DNA from: Mobula hypostoma
Taxonomy: Eukaryota
Reading direction: 5' to 3'
NCBI RefSeq assembly: GCF_963921235.1
Contig: NC_086097.1
Coordinates: 84,570,001-84,634,000 of the forward strand
Length of the DNA stretch: 64,000 nucleotides
A program made the position numbers and the translations under genes. Below are positions 11,752 to 24,800 of the stretch, one piece after another. The notes under the pieces were generated by a model that saw only the letters and a list, made by a program, of their open reading frames with translations, searched no databases and was not told the origin of the DNA. The stretch's first letter is position 1, and every line of letters starts with the position of its first letter.

Positions 11752-12552
11752 AAGCGGAGTGGAGTGATGATGGCGCTAAACGGCAACTCCTTTGCTTGCA
11801 TCTTTGGAAACAGCTCTATTTCCATCTTTAATATCTTTATTTTTCCCTAACAGGGTTCTTTTGAAGACCCTGACCTGGAGTTACATGCTGACTACGGTTC
11901 TTTGCGAAAATGGGACCCGCTCTCGGGTTTCAGGACTGGCCGCTGTTCGGCACGCCAAAGGCTCAGATTTGGAAGCCTAGGATCTCGGGCCGCCGGAGAC
12001 AGGCGGATCGAGGGTTTGTGTCACAACAGGAGACCTGTGTGTCATCAGGGGAGTCGAAATATCTGCAGCATGTGCTCAGAGACCTGTGATCTTTAGGCAC
12101 AGAGCTCGAAAAAAGTGACGTGGCAGACTTTTAACATTGTAAACCAATGAGTTGTTTGCTATGTCTCCCCACTCGCTGTGAAAACAAAGACACCTCTTTC
12201 TCCCTTATTAGGGAGAGAGAGAACCTGTGGTATGTCAAATACCGGGTGAACGAGTAGTCTTTGGGGTAACTGCAAGTCTGTGTCTTTACTGTTGCTTTGC
12301 TCACGCTTGAGTGCTCGGTGGCAGTGCCAATGTTTTTTTTTTGCCGGTACCGGAGGGGGATTGTTGCTTGCTGCCACTTATACGTGGGAGGGGGAAGCTC
12401 GGGGTGGGGGTGGAATTTGGGGTTCTAACAGTTGACTGTCTTTCATTCTTTGGGGCATTCCTCTGTTTTCGTGGATGGCTGCGAAGAAAAAGTATTTCAG
12501 GATGCATATTGTATACATTTCTCTGACATGAAAATGTACCTCTGAAACCTTT
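11752..12552 (+). mobile_element. Non-autonomous LINE-like repeat with Rex1-type 3' tail
   Basis: GC-rich ATGGCG start; ends TATTTCAGGATGCATATTGTATACATTTCTCTGACATGAAAATGTACCTCTGAAACCTTTG, similar to tails at 56220-56282 and 59680-59740. Confidence 0.55.
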
Positions 12553-13497
12553 GGAAAAAAAATGGTTATTTCTCAGCCACGTAATAGCAGCTTTCTGGTG
12601 GATACCACTGTATAGTAGATTTGTTGGTAATTTAAATCTAATAATGGCAGCCAATGTTTCATTGTTAGAGAGCTCCAAAAAGTCCTTGTGGAAATTCAGC
12701 AAGCTGACCTACCGCTGAGGAAAACATTTCACAGCTGCAAAACTTCAACCTATTAACCATTTACTGTCATTTCTAAAAAATATTCAATTTAAATGACTTT
12801 TTAATAAATTTCCACCTCATGTTTCTCTTACTTAGTTTAGTCACCTTTGCAAGCAGTGACTTACAAATCCCACAACACACCTTTAAGACATCAACACATT
12901 TACGAGAAGTTTTATGTTTCATGTCTAATACTGTGAACAGCCACTTGATATATAGTGTTTTGTTACAGATTCCTTTAATAAAAAGTAAAGGATAGTTGCC
13001 AATGGCTCCATCTTGCACCAAAATTTATGTAACACTTATTGACCTTGGTAAATTGGGATAAGTAAAGGATATGTTAGGTGCTGGTTTGCTATAGTTCATA
13101 TTTTACTATTATTAATATTGGCTACCAATAGCATCTCATCAAACATCTGACAGTTAGGAACTTTAATTCCAAGTGGGGGGGCTTTAACTGATTGCTGGAT
13201 CATGTGTTTCCAGAGCAATTAAACTGTCTTTTTTGCAATAATTCTAGCTTATACTCATGAAATAAGAGCTCTCTAGAATTCAGTCTTCTATATTAAAATG
13301 CTTCCATTCCATAACCTTTACTTTTACTGGCTTTCACCAGTGTAATTTGTTCTGCCTTTTCAGAACAGTGGAGACTTTTATTTAAACCCATGGACGTGTG
13401 AAAGGGTGGTCACTATTTGCTGAAGTGGGGCAAGATTTTAACTTATTTTTCTTTGCAGAAGTTGTCAGCATTGCAGAGGAGGGAAAAGGAATCAATA

Positions 13498-14768
13498 TTA
13501 CTATAAGCCGACTGACTCTCACAGCTATCTGGACTATTCCTCTTCTCACCCTGTCTCTTGCAAAAACGCCATCCCCTTCTCGCAATTCCTCCGTCTCCGC
13601 CGCATCTGCTCTCAGGATGAGGCTTTTCATTCGAGGACGAGGGAGATGTCTTCTTTTTTTAAAGAAAGGGGCTTCCCTTCCTCCACTATCAACTCTGCTC
13701 TTAAACACATCTCCCCCATTTCACATACATCTGCTCTCACTCCATCCTCCCACCACCCCACTAGGAATAGGGTTCCCCTTGTCCTCACCTACCACCCCAC
13801 CAGCCTCCGGGTCCAACATATTATTCTCCGTAACTTCCGCCACTTCCAACGGGATCCCACCACTAAGCACATCTTTCCCTCCCCCCCCCCCCGCATTCCG
13901 CAGGGATCGCTCCCTACACAACTCCCTTGTCCATTCGTCCCCCCCATCCCTCCCCACTGATCTCCCTCCTGGCACTTATCCGTGTAAGCGGAACAAGTGC
14001 TACACTTCCTCCCTTACCAACATTCAGGGCCCAAAACAGTCCTTCCAGGTGAGGCAACACTTCACCTGTGAGTCGGCTGGGGTAATATACTGCGTCCGGT
14101 GCTCCCGATGTGGCCTTCTATATATTGGCGAGACCCGACGCAGACTGGGAGACCACTTTGCTGAACACCTACGCTCTGTCCGCCAGAGAAAGCAGGATCT
14201 CCCAGTGGCCACACATTTTAATTCCACATCCCATTCCCATTCTGACATGTCTATCCACGGCCTCCTCTACTGTAAAGATGAAGCCACACTCAGGTTGGAG
14301 GAACAACACCTTATATTCCGTCTGGGTAGCCTCCAACCTGATGGCATGAACATCGACTTCTCTAACTTCCGCTAATGCCCCACCTCCCCCTCGTACCCCA
14401 TCTGTTACTTATTTTTATACACACATTCTTTCTCTCACTCTCCTTTTTCTCCCTCTGTCCCTCTGAATATACCCCTTGCCCATCCTCTGGGTCCCCCCGC
14501 CCCGCCTTGTCTTTCTTCCCGGACCTCCTGTCCCATGATCCTCTCGTATCCTCTTTGCCTATCACCTGTCCAGCTCTTGACTCCATCCCTCCCCCTCCTG
14601 TCTTCTCCTATCATTTTGGATCTCCCCCTCCCCCTCCAACTTTCAAATCCCTTACTCACTCTTCCTTCAGTTAGTCCTGACGAAGGGTCTCGGCCTGAAA
14701 CGTCGACTGTACCTCTTCCTAGAGATGCTGCCTGGCCTGCTGCGTTCACCAGCAACTTTGATGTGTGT
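13498..14768 (+). mobile_element. Penelope-like element (Neptune-type), 5'-truncated: RT thumb, GIY-YIG endonuclease, pseudo-LTR
   Basis: YYKPTDSHSYLDYSSSHP..CKNAIPFSQFLRLRRICS; GVIYCVRCSRCGLLYIGETRRRLGDHFAEH..PVATHFN..RLEEQHLIFRLGSLQPDGMN; frameshift at poly-C ~13881-13892. Confidence 0.95.
14673..14708 (+). ncRNA. Minimal type-I hammerhead ribozyme
   Basis: Stem I AGTC/GACT, core CTGACGA, stem II within AGGGTCTCGGCCT, GAA, loopless stem III ACGT, GTC cleavage triplet at 14702-14704. Confidence 0.85.
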
Positions 14769-15355
14769 CCCCTTAAACCTTACCAAATTTTATAGCTGTG
14801 CCATAGAAATTATCCTTTCTGGATGCATCATGGTTTGGTATGGCAAATGGTCTGCCCATCACTGCAAGAACCATAGAGAGTTGTAGACACAGCTGAGCAC
14901 ATCACAGAAACCAGCCGTAGATTCCATCTACATTTCTCGTTACCTCGGGAAGCAACCTATATAATCAAATAACCCACCCACTCCTGGCATTCACCCTTGG
15001 CCCCGCTTCCCCACACCCACGCCCCCATCAGATAGAAGATACAAAAGCCTGAAAGCACATGCCACCAGGCTCAAGAGAAGATTCTATCCTGCTGTTATAC
15101 AATTATTGCATGGTACTCTAGCATGACAAGATAGACTCTTGACCTCACAATCTACCTCAGTATGGCCTCACACCTTGTTGTCTGCCAGCGCTGCTCTTTC
15201 TGTAGCTATTACACTTTATTGTGCATTTCGTTATCATTCCCTCTTGCACCACCTCAATGCACTGATGTAACAAATTGACATGTAGGGACAGTAAGCAAGA
15301 CAAGTTTCTCACTTTTCCTAAATATATGAGACATTACTAAACCATTTCACCAATT
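14769..15355 (+). mobile_element. Rex1/Babar LINE 3' end and UTR, decayed
   Basis: FYSCAIEIILSGCIMVWYG; RRYKSLKAHATRLKRRFYPAVI. Confidence 0.8.
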
Positions 15356-15884
15356 AACTTCTTTTGAAATTGTGGTGACGATGCTAATGATCTGCATTTC
15401 TCACCAATGCCAGGCAATATATCAGCAGTCAGGCAGGGGAATCAACAAAACTTTTTCACCAAACAGCAGATTTTTCTTTCTCCCCTCCACCACATAAATC
15501 CAACAGGGATCACGTTCATTACCCTTACCCACCATCCATCCCGGTACAGACACTGAACACTGTGCTGCCCTTGAATTACAGCATGGAGTTATGTTTCTTC
15601 CCCACAGCAGTTCCACTAACATTAATCATTGAGGGTGTTACACTTACTCAAGTATTAACGCTGGGAGAGAATCAGTTCAAGCACACTTTTACGAGTGTTA
15701 TGCGAGTTGCTATGGTTTGGGCTCTTCAGAAGCACGTCATTTAAAGTTTATTTTCCACCTTCCAAGTAAACCCGTCTCCACCCTGTCCAACACTATGGAA
15801 CTGGGTTACTGCTGGCACCTTGCAAGTCAAGCACAGTTAAGCCTGCAACAAGTAAATGGGTTTTGGTTAACACATTGCACAATG

Positions 15885-17290
15885 TTTTTATGCTCGCTTT
15901 GACCTGCAAAACATGGAGACACCTTCACAACCTCACATAGACCCTGATAACCCTGTGATTTCCGTTTCCAAAGCCAACATGAGAGCATCCTTCATGAGTA
16001 GGAACCCACAGAAAGCATCCAGCACATACAGGGTACGTGGCTGAATACTAAAGACCTGTGCTGATCAACCGTCTGGAGTGTTCACTGATATCTTTAACCT
16101 CTCGCTTTGGCAGTCTGAGGTACCCACCTGCTTCAAGCAGGCTTCAATTATACCAGTGTCTAAAAAGAATATGGGAACCTGCCTCAAAGACTATCATTCA
16201 GTACCACTGACATCCACTGTGATGAAGTACTTTGAGAGGCTGGTGGTGAAACATATTATCTCCTGCCTGAGAAGTGACTTGGATCTGCTCCGGTTTGCCT
16301 ACCATCACAACAGGTCAACAACAGATGCCATTGCATTGGCTCATCACTCAACCCTGGATCATCTGGACAGTGATGATGTATACGTCATGATACTCTCATC
16401 GACCACAGCTCAGAATTCAATACCCACCATCCCCTCAAAACTAATCAGTAAGCTTCAAGACCTAGGCCTCAATAATTCCTTATGCAACTGGATCCTTGAT
16501 TTCCTCACTTGTAGACCCCAGTCCGTTTGGATTGGCAACAACATCTCCTCCACAATCTCCATCAACACAGATGAACCACAAGGCTGTGTGCTTAGCCCTC
16601 TGCTCTACTCACTTTACACTTAGGACTGTGAGACTAAGCACAGCTCCAACGCTGTATTTAAATTTGCTATTGTTCGTTGAATCAAAGGTGGTGATGAATC
16701 ATCATATAGGAGGGAGATTGAAAATTTGGCTGAGTGGTGCCATAACAACAATGTCTTACTCAATGTCAGCAAGACCAAGGAGCTGATTACTGACTTCAAG
16801 AGGGGGAAACAGGAGGTCCATGAGACAGTTCTCAATGGGTGATCAGAGGTGGAGAGGGTCAGCAACTTTAAATTTGTTGCTGTTATCATTTCAGAGGATC
16901 TGTCCTGGGCCCAGCACATAGGTACTATTGCAAAGAAAGTATGGCAGCGCCTCTACTTTCTCAGAAGTTTGCAAAGATTTGGCATGTCATCTGAAACATT
17001 GACGAACTTATATAGATGTGAAGGTTATATTGACTGCTTGCATCACAGCCTGATATGGAAACGCCAATGCCCAAGAATGGAAAGCCTTTCAAAAAAATGG
17101 TGGATAATGGCCCAATTCATCACAGGTAAAACCTCCTCACCAATGAGCACATCTACATGGAGTGCTGTCACAGGAAAGCAGCATCCATCATCAAAAACCC
17201 CTAACATTCAGGTCATACTCTCTTCTCACTGTTGCCTTCAGAAAGGTGGTGCAGGAGCCTCAGGACGCACACTACCAAGTTATGGAAGAG
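15885..17290 (+). mobile_element. Rex1/Babar LINE reverse-transcriptase region, decayed
   Basis: VFTDIFNLSL..PTCFKQASIIPV..DYHSVPLTSTVMKYFERLV..PQGCVLSPLLYSLYT; ERVSNFKF..EDLSWAQH..QRLYFLRSL. Confidence 0.9.
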
Positions 17291-17414
17291 TTCAAGGGCC
17301 TGATCGTTGAGGGGTAAATTTACGGTAAAGTTGCTCCTGTAAAAATGTTGCAATCACACAATGCCAAGATCACACAAACTTAAATATTTCAGATTTCAAG
17401 CAATAAGCAGAGGT

Positions 17415-17570
17415 CAACTGTAGCACTTTATCCTCCGGGGCAGAAGGCGGAGGTTCAAATCTCACATGATACATGCTCTAAATCTAGGCTGTCGCTGAGT
17501 GTGCATTGACAAGGGAATGCAGCAGTGCTGAAGCTGCAGATGTGAAAGATAAATCATCCAGGGTGGAACA
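17415..17570 (+). mobile_element. Degenerate SacSINE1/DeuSINE-like SINE; a related head lies at 61660-61718
   Basis: GTAGCACT..CAGAAGGCGGAGGTTCAAATCTCAC..AAATCTAGGCTG..GGGAATGCAGCAGTGCTGAAGCTGC, recalled as similar to the shark SacSINE1 consensus. Confidence 0.5.
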
Positions 17571-18982
17571 GGGTCTCTCTTTGCATATTTCCCTTTAGGT
17601 GCTGGCACTGACTCTATTCTGCTAGGGAATGGCATCATCTCATCTACTCCTTATTATTAAATGAAGATGTTTTATAAATAAGGTGCATAATTTATTAAAA
17701 CTGAATGCATGTTCTTTTTCCCAATCACTTCAGGAACAAACAGAATTTACAATCTCAAACTAACTTTTGGTCAACCAGAAAAAAACTAATTTGGTAGGCG
17801 AAACCTTGCACATTTTTAAATACTTTGAAGCTCACATAAAAGACCTTAATAGACCTTATCAAGTTTAATGGATGAGCCAAATAAATCAAAGAACTGGAAC
17901 TAATCCTGATCAGTAAATCAAAAGTGTACACCTTATCAACGCTTGATGATGTAAATGCTCGCAAGCAACCAAAAGGTTAAAGGTTAAGTGGCAACTGGAG
18001 CATTCACCCATATGAACAACGTTAGATTTAACCTTTTTGGATTGTATATGAGTAATAAACTGCCATAAATCATCAGAGAGCTTGTAGCATGCAGCACAGT
18101 TCAGGAGGAGTTGTAGCTATAATCCCTACAAAATTAAACTCATAAATTCACTTTATGAGATTTAGAGAGGCATAATACAAATCAGTCACTGTAGGCATGT
18201 ACAAAATGATTCATCTAAAACACATGATGAGATATTATTTATCTGAAAGGTTTCTCAACCTATTTTTGCCAGGTCTAGTATGGGAGGTTTATTCATGTTC
18301 CCCCCTTTCTACCTGTCCTCTTTATCTCCAATTCAGGAGCTTGGGATGTATCTTGACAAATTCGAATGTCTAAGCAACCAAACATCCAGACATCTATTCA
18401 AGAAAGGTTCAACCTGCCTTTCAACAAACATCATAATACTGGCCCATATCTTGCTGGGAGTATGATGGGATGTTGATGTACCAAATTATTAAGCCATAAA
18501 TTAGTCAGAAAATTTGCAGGACCAAATCTGTGAAATTTGCTGACTGAATTATTCCCATCCTCTCCTTGTTCAAAACGAACTCCATCTGTGGCTCTCCACT
18601 TAATTTCTTAAAATATGCTATGAATTGCATAGTAATCAACTTGTCTATTAACAAAGATAATTGACTTCCAACCATCAGAACCATTTTACTTGTTGCCAGA
18701 TCTGATTCCAACCCTTGGAATGCTTTCTGCTTGATGCTCATAGATCTCAGTTTTACCAGGACACCTTGCTGCCATTCTAGAATTCAGTTCTCTAGCACGC
18801 TTGGACCCAGTGGGATGAGACCTGAAGATACTTTGGAATCAAACAGTATCAGGAGTGAGGGAATAACTTTTTAGACTAGTCTATGGAGTATCAATCAAAT
18901 AGACTGCTTTGACCTGGATGGAGTTTGGCTGCACAAGCGTTGTTGAGGCTGTCCTCATCCAGGCCATTAGAGAATATCCTCT

Positions 18983-19223
18983 TGTAGTGTATTCAATATT
19001 TCAGTAATATTTGAATAATACTGTACATATATTGTTTGATTAATTATTTGTTTGTTTCCATAATTCATTATAGCTTATATATAAGAAGTACATGAATGGC
19101 ATATGTTATTACATCACCACATCATGTGTGAGCACATTACTAAAGAAAAGAAACTAAGTAGAAGAATATCCCTGGCTCCCACGTTTTTCTTTCCATTATT
19201 TTCTAGAGTTACAAAACATAACT
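18983..19223 (+). repeat. 5' LTR of the Gypsy element
   Basis: Starts TGTAGTG, followed by PBS-like GTGGTAAC; homologous to the solo LTR at 54178-54778. Confidence 0.7.
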
Positions 19224-19267
19224 GTGGTAACAAAATAGTTTCAAAATGAACCTGAGATGACTACCTA

Positions 19268-19691
19268 TAGTACTGTGCAAAAGTCTTAGCCATGCAGGAT
19301 TTTTATATGGTTTCAGATGGTATGGCTTCTGCAGAGTCCTGATCTCAATATCATTGAGGATGTCTGGGATTACCTGGAGAGACAGAAGCAAGCAAGACGG
19401 CCAAAGTCTGCAGAAGCACTATAGCAAGTTCTCCAAGATGCTTGAAACAACCTAACAGCTGATTTTCTTATAAAACTTCACAACAAGAGAAGTTAAGAGA
19501 AGTTACCTAAGAGAATTGATGCAGTTTTAAAGGCAAAGGGTAGACACACCAATTATTGATTTGATTTTTACTCTTTACTCTTTGATATAGTATTTTTTTG
19601 ATATTTAGAGACTTTTCATTTCATTATTTTTGAAAGCATCTTCGCTTTACGGATTTTTTTTACATGTGCCTAGGACCTTTGCACAGTACTG
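19268..19691 (+). mobile_element. Tc1-family DNA transposon, internal-deletion derivative
   Basis: TIRs TAGTACTGTGCAAAAGTCTTAG / CTAGGACCTTTGCACAGTACTG; TA TSD at 19266-19267 and 19692-19693; remnant WLLQSPDLNIIEDVW..LPKRIDAVLKAKGRHTNY*. Confidence 0.9.
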
Positions 19692-20687
19692 TATCTGTTG
19701 AAGTGCAGCACATTCTTTCTTTGCAAGAGGAAAGAGATATTTGAGTTTTTAAAAAAGGCAAAAAATGGATGAAATTCACAGGTTCATAAACAATGATCAC
19801 CGGGTGATAATAACAAGAATTTTTTTAAAAAAGTGGAAATGGCTGGCTGCAATGGAAAGATACACATATTTGATTGCGCAACAGATAATAGGATGATATA
19901 TAGTGAATGAATAAAGCAGTATTTTGAAGCAAATGAAATAGCCAATGAAAAGCAAGTGCCAGTGTTACTGAGTGTAATAGGTGGAAAAACATGCAGTTTG
20001 CTTAGAAGTTTAACTGCTCCAACCAAAATAGCTGAAATGAGCTTTGCTGATATTATGAACATAATGCAGGAACATTTAGAACCAAAAACATTGTTGATTG
20101 CAGAATGCTTTAGGATTCCTAAGCAGAATATAAAGACATTTCAGCGTATGTGGCTGAATTGAAGAAATTGTCTGAACAGCACTAGTTCAGTGGTGGGCTT
20201 AATGATGCACTGAGAGATTGTTTAGTTTGTAGAATCTTACAAGAAAGCATTCAAAAACAGCCCCTAACTGAACCATAACCCACATTTAAAAGAGCGGATG
20301 AAATCAATGTATCGATGGAAACAGCAGCCTGAGATACAATTGAGTTGCATTCAGGAATGAAAGTGAGTGCAAATAAATTTACAACATCTAAACAGAAACC
20401 TGCCTGGTTGAACAAATTTTGTTACCTCTGTGGCAGGGGCTCACGTACGCCAGCCCAATGCGGGATACTGGTAAAACTTGCTGAGAATGCAACACATAGG
20501 ACACGTGCAAAGAGCTTGTAAGGCAACCAAAAATAAATGGACTGTAAAAGGAAGAGAAAAAGATAAAAAGTCATATTGCAATTTCAAAAAGAGCAGAAAT
20601 CTGCATGCTGTTGCTGAAAACTGACAACGATGAGATTGACATAGGACTCGGTAGCCTTGAGATTTACTATGTGAAAACGAACTGGTG

Positions 20688-21863
20688 GGAGATGTCTTCA
20701 TTTTTTAAAGAAAGGGGCTTCCCTTCCTCCACTATCAACTCTGCTCTTAAACGCATCTCCCCCATTTCACGTACATCTGCTCTCACTCCATCCTCCCACC
20801 ACCCCACTAGGAATAGGGTTCCCCTGGTCCTCACCTACCACCCCACCAGCCTCCGGGTCCAACATATTATTCTCCGTAACTTCCGCCACCTCCAACGGGA
20901 TCCCATCACTAAGCACATCTTTCCCTCCCCCCCTCTCTCTGCATTCCGCAGGGATCGCTCCCTACACAACTCCCTTGTCCATTCGTCCCCCCCATCCCTC
21001 CCCACTGATCTCCCTCCTGGCACTTATCCGTGTAAGCGGAACAAGTGCTACACATGCCCTTACACTTCCTCCCTTACCACCATTCAGGGCCCCAAACCGT
21101 CCTTCCAGGTGAGGCATCACTTCACCTGTGAGTCGACTGGGGTGATATACTGCGTCCGGTGCTCCCGATGTGGCCTTTTATATATTGGTGAGACCCAACG
21201 CAGACTGGGAGACCACTTTGCTGAACATCTACGCTCTGTCCGCCAGAGAAAGCAGGATCTCCCAGTGGCCACACATTTTAATTCCACATCCCATTCCCAT
21301 TCTGACATGTCTATCCACGGCCTCCTCTACTGTAAAGATGAAGCCACACTGAGGTTGGAGGAACAACACCTTATATTCCGTCTGGGTAGCCTCCAACCTG
21401 ATGGCATGAACATCGACTTCTCTAACTTCCGCTAAGGTCCCACCTCCTCCTCGTACCCCATCTGTTACTCATTTTTATGCACACATTCTTTCTCTCACTC
21501 TCCTTTTTCTCCCTCTGTCCCTCTGAATATACCTCTTGCCCATCCTCTGCGTCACCCCCCCCCTTGTCTTTCTTCCCGGACCTCCTGTCCCATGATCCTC
21601 TCGTACCCCCTTTTGCCTGTCACCTGTCCAGCTCTTGGCTCTATCCCTCCCCCTCCTGTCTTCTCCTATCATTTTGCATCTCCCCCTCCCCCTCCAGCTT
21701 TCAAATCCCTTACTCACTCTTCCTTCAGTTAGTCCTGACGAAGGGTCTCGGCCTGAAACGTCGACTGCGCCTCTTCCTATAGATGCTGCTTGGCCTGCTG
21801 CGTTCACCAGCAACTTTGATGTATGTTGCTTGAATTTCCAGCATCTGCAGAATTCCTGTTGTT
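20688..21863 (+). mobile_element. Penelope-like element (Neptune-type), 5'-truncated, inserted at the Gypsy gag/protease junction
   Basis: Open frame to 21435 with CKRNKCYTC linker and GIY-YIG (VIYC..LYIGET); possible TSD TGGTG at 20683-20687 and 21864-21868; highly similar to 13642-14768. Confidence 0.95.
21731..21766 (+). ncRNA. Minimal type-I hammerhead ribozyme
   Basis: AGTC-CTGACGA-AGGGTCTCGGCCT-GAAAC-GTC-GACT, identical to 14673-14708. Confidence 0.85.
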
Positions 21864-24800
21864 TGGTGACAAACAATATGGCTTACACCAGAAGTGAATG
21901 GCAAATTAATTAAAATGGAATTGGACACTGGCTCAGCTTTTTTAGTCTTTCCACAAAATGAATTTAAATGGCATTTCAAAGATACTAAACTGAAGCCTGG
22001 AGATATCCAGTTAAGAAATCATACCGTGGAAATTATAACTCCTGTGGATATGACATTCATAGTAGTGATATTTAACAGGCCACATTGGGCTTGATGGTGG
22101 TAAAAAGAGGAAGGCCAGTATTGCAGGACCATGACTGGCTGAGACAACTGCAACTTAATTGGAGGTTCACCCACAATCTGCATGCCATATCCCTTGCAAT
22201 AGAGTCAGCTGAAAGTGAATTAATAAAGATACTGGGTGATGCCACAGCAGTGTTCAAGGATGGCATTGGAAAACTGAAACATATCAAGGGTAAAATGGTG
22301 TTAAATGATAATGCCACACCCAAGTTTTACAAAGCCCAGTCTTTATACCATCTGTGATAAAGTAGCCTGCGAGCAAGATCACATGAAGGCTGAAGGACTT
22401 ATTTCCAAGTTTGAGTAGAATCCATAGGAAACATCAGTGTTTCTAGTAGCTAAGAAAGATGTGCCTGTCAGGATCTGTGGTGACTTTAAGATCATGATCA
22501 ACCCAGTACTTAAAGTAAATCAATACCCTCTGCCCAGGATAGAGGGTACTTTTGCAAACCTTTCTGGAGGAAGCACTTCAGCACAGTAGACTTAGCTGAG
22601 GGCTCCATACAGATGGAGATGGAAGAACAGTCCAATGTGTTTCTCACCATAAACATTCACAAAGTGCTTTATTACTATAAAGTCTAAATTTTTGAGTAGC
22701 ATCTGCACCTGAATTCTGGCAGACTGCCAAGGACCAGGCGCTGCAAGGCTGCCCAGGCACTCAGTGTTACCTGGATGACATCATTGCTACCAGTGAGGAT
22801 GCCAAGGAACATCTCCAAAACCTCAAGACAGTATGAAAAAGATTAGAAGATTATGGCCTCAGAGCATGGTTCTTCAAGTGTGAATTCTTTAAACCAAGCA
22901 TCACCCTCTGTGGTCATATCATTGACGTACAAGGATTATACAAGTGTGTTGAGAAAATTCAAGCTTTGGTGGATGCTTCATGGACAAAGGATGTTTCATA
23001 TTTGAGCTTCTTTTTAGGATTTGTCAATTACCATTAGAAGTTCTTGCCAAACCTGGCTACTGCGCTCCACCCCTTGAACTTAATACTACAGATCGGGCGG
23101 AAATGTCAATGGACAAAGCAGTGTGAGGTGGCTTTTCAAAAGGCAATGGAAATGGTGACATCAGACACTATTCTCACACATAATGATCCACACGGATTGG
23201 TGAAACTTGCCTGTGATGCCTCTCCTTATGGAATTGGTGCAGTCATGTCACATGTTATGAGTGAAGGAAGTGAACACCCCATAGTCTTTGCATCACGTTC
23301 CCTGCTGAGAAAACTTATGCACAGCTTGACAGAGAGGCCTTGACTCTGGTTTGGGGTGTAAAACGTTTCAACCAGTACTTGTATCAGAAAGAATTTACCC
23401 TCATTACTGATCATCAACCACTGGTATTCATTTTCAGTCTACAGAAGGGTGTTCCACTAACAGCAGCATGGGCTCTATTTCTTGGTGGACACAATTATAA
23501 GATCGAATTCAAGAGGACAACGAATTGTGGAAATGCTGGTGGATTGTCCTGTTTACCCTTGGAAGTGGAAATACCTAAAAAGTTTTACAAAAGAGGACAC
23601 TCCTCTTGACGTATTCTCCCTGACGTAAATTGAAAGTCTCCCTATTACAGCAGTGATGACCCAAAGGGAAACCAGAAAAGACCCCACACACTCTCAGGTC
23701 TACATGACAAGCCAAAGTGGCTGGAATTTGCAGCAGAAATTCCACTTCCTCCATAGTATCACTGCTGGGATGAACTTTCCCTTGACAGGGGTATCCTTTT
23801 GTGTGGATTGAGAGATGTTGCACCATCCAAGCTGACAGCTAAAGTGTTGGAGGAGCTACATGCTGGTATTCTAGGCACGGTCAAACTAAGAGTATTGGCT
23901 TGAAGCTTTGTCAGGTGGCCTGGCATAGATCAGCAGATCGAGCAGATTGCACGCACTGTTTGGGATGCCAATGCATGCAGAAGATGCCAAGAGCAGCAAC
24001 TCCCCATCCCTGGGAAAGGCCTGCATTACCCTGGCAGAGGATTCAGGTGGATTTTGCTGGATCACTCATGGGCACAAAATTCTTGGCTGCAGGGAATGCA
24101 GCTACAAAGTGACCAGGAATGTTCCCAATATCCCCCACTACAGCCTCACACACTGTTGCTGTGTTGAGGAGCCTCTTCTCAAGGACTGGTGTTCCAGAAC
24201 ACGTAATCGGCGACAATGGACCATAGTTTGTTCCGGAACAGTTTCAGCCATTCCTGAAAATGAGTGGAATCAGACATATTACACCTGCACAAAACCACCC
24301 AGCTGCAAAAGTCTTGGAAGAAACATTTGTCCAGAGTCTAAGGAACACACTGCAAGCAATGTCAGCAGAACATGCTACTCTAACACGGAATCAGAAGGTC
24401 GCCAGTTTCCTCCTTGCATATCGCAATGCAGCACACACCAAAGCCAACAACTCACCAGCTATGTTGTTCCTTGTGCTCATACCTGGATCTCCACAAACCA
24501 TATCTCAGAAGCGGGATGCAGGATAAGCAGCTAAGACAAATTGAGGGCTCCTCAGACAAAAAGATTTGATGCTTCACTCCTGGCGAAGGTCTAAGAGGTG
24601 ATGAAAAGTGGGTACTTGAAAAGACTAGCAACAGAACTAGACTGCTCTCCTACACAGAGGAGATTGCATCTGGTGTCATCTGGAGATGATACATTGATCA
24701 GTTGAGGAGAGCAGAGTCAATTTTTAGTTAAGTAAGGCACCTAGAGCTGTCAGAACCATTTCCTGCAGTCCCAGAGTCATCTTCTACAACCACTACGGAG

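Noticed and set aside
13398..14375. 325-aa ORF as a host GIY-YIG gene
   Set aside because: The N-terminal half is an off-frame reading of PLE RT joined to the endonuclease by a poly-C frameshift; it is a truncated TE copy
14362..14795. Cluster of overlapping short ORFs (also 21475-21979, 33335-33797, 63288-63569)
   Set aside because: Artefacts of the pyrimidine-rich PLE 3' UTR and pLTR
20605..21435. 276-aa ORF as a Gypsy-PLE fusion protein
   Set aside because: Chance in-frame junction of ~28 codons of decayed Gypsy with the PLE insert; no expression evidence
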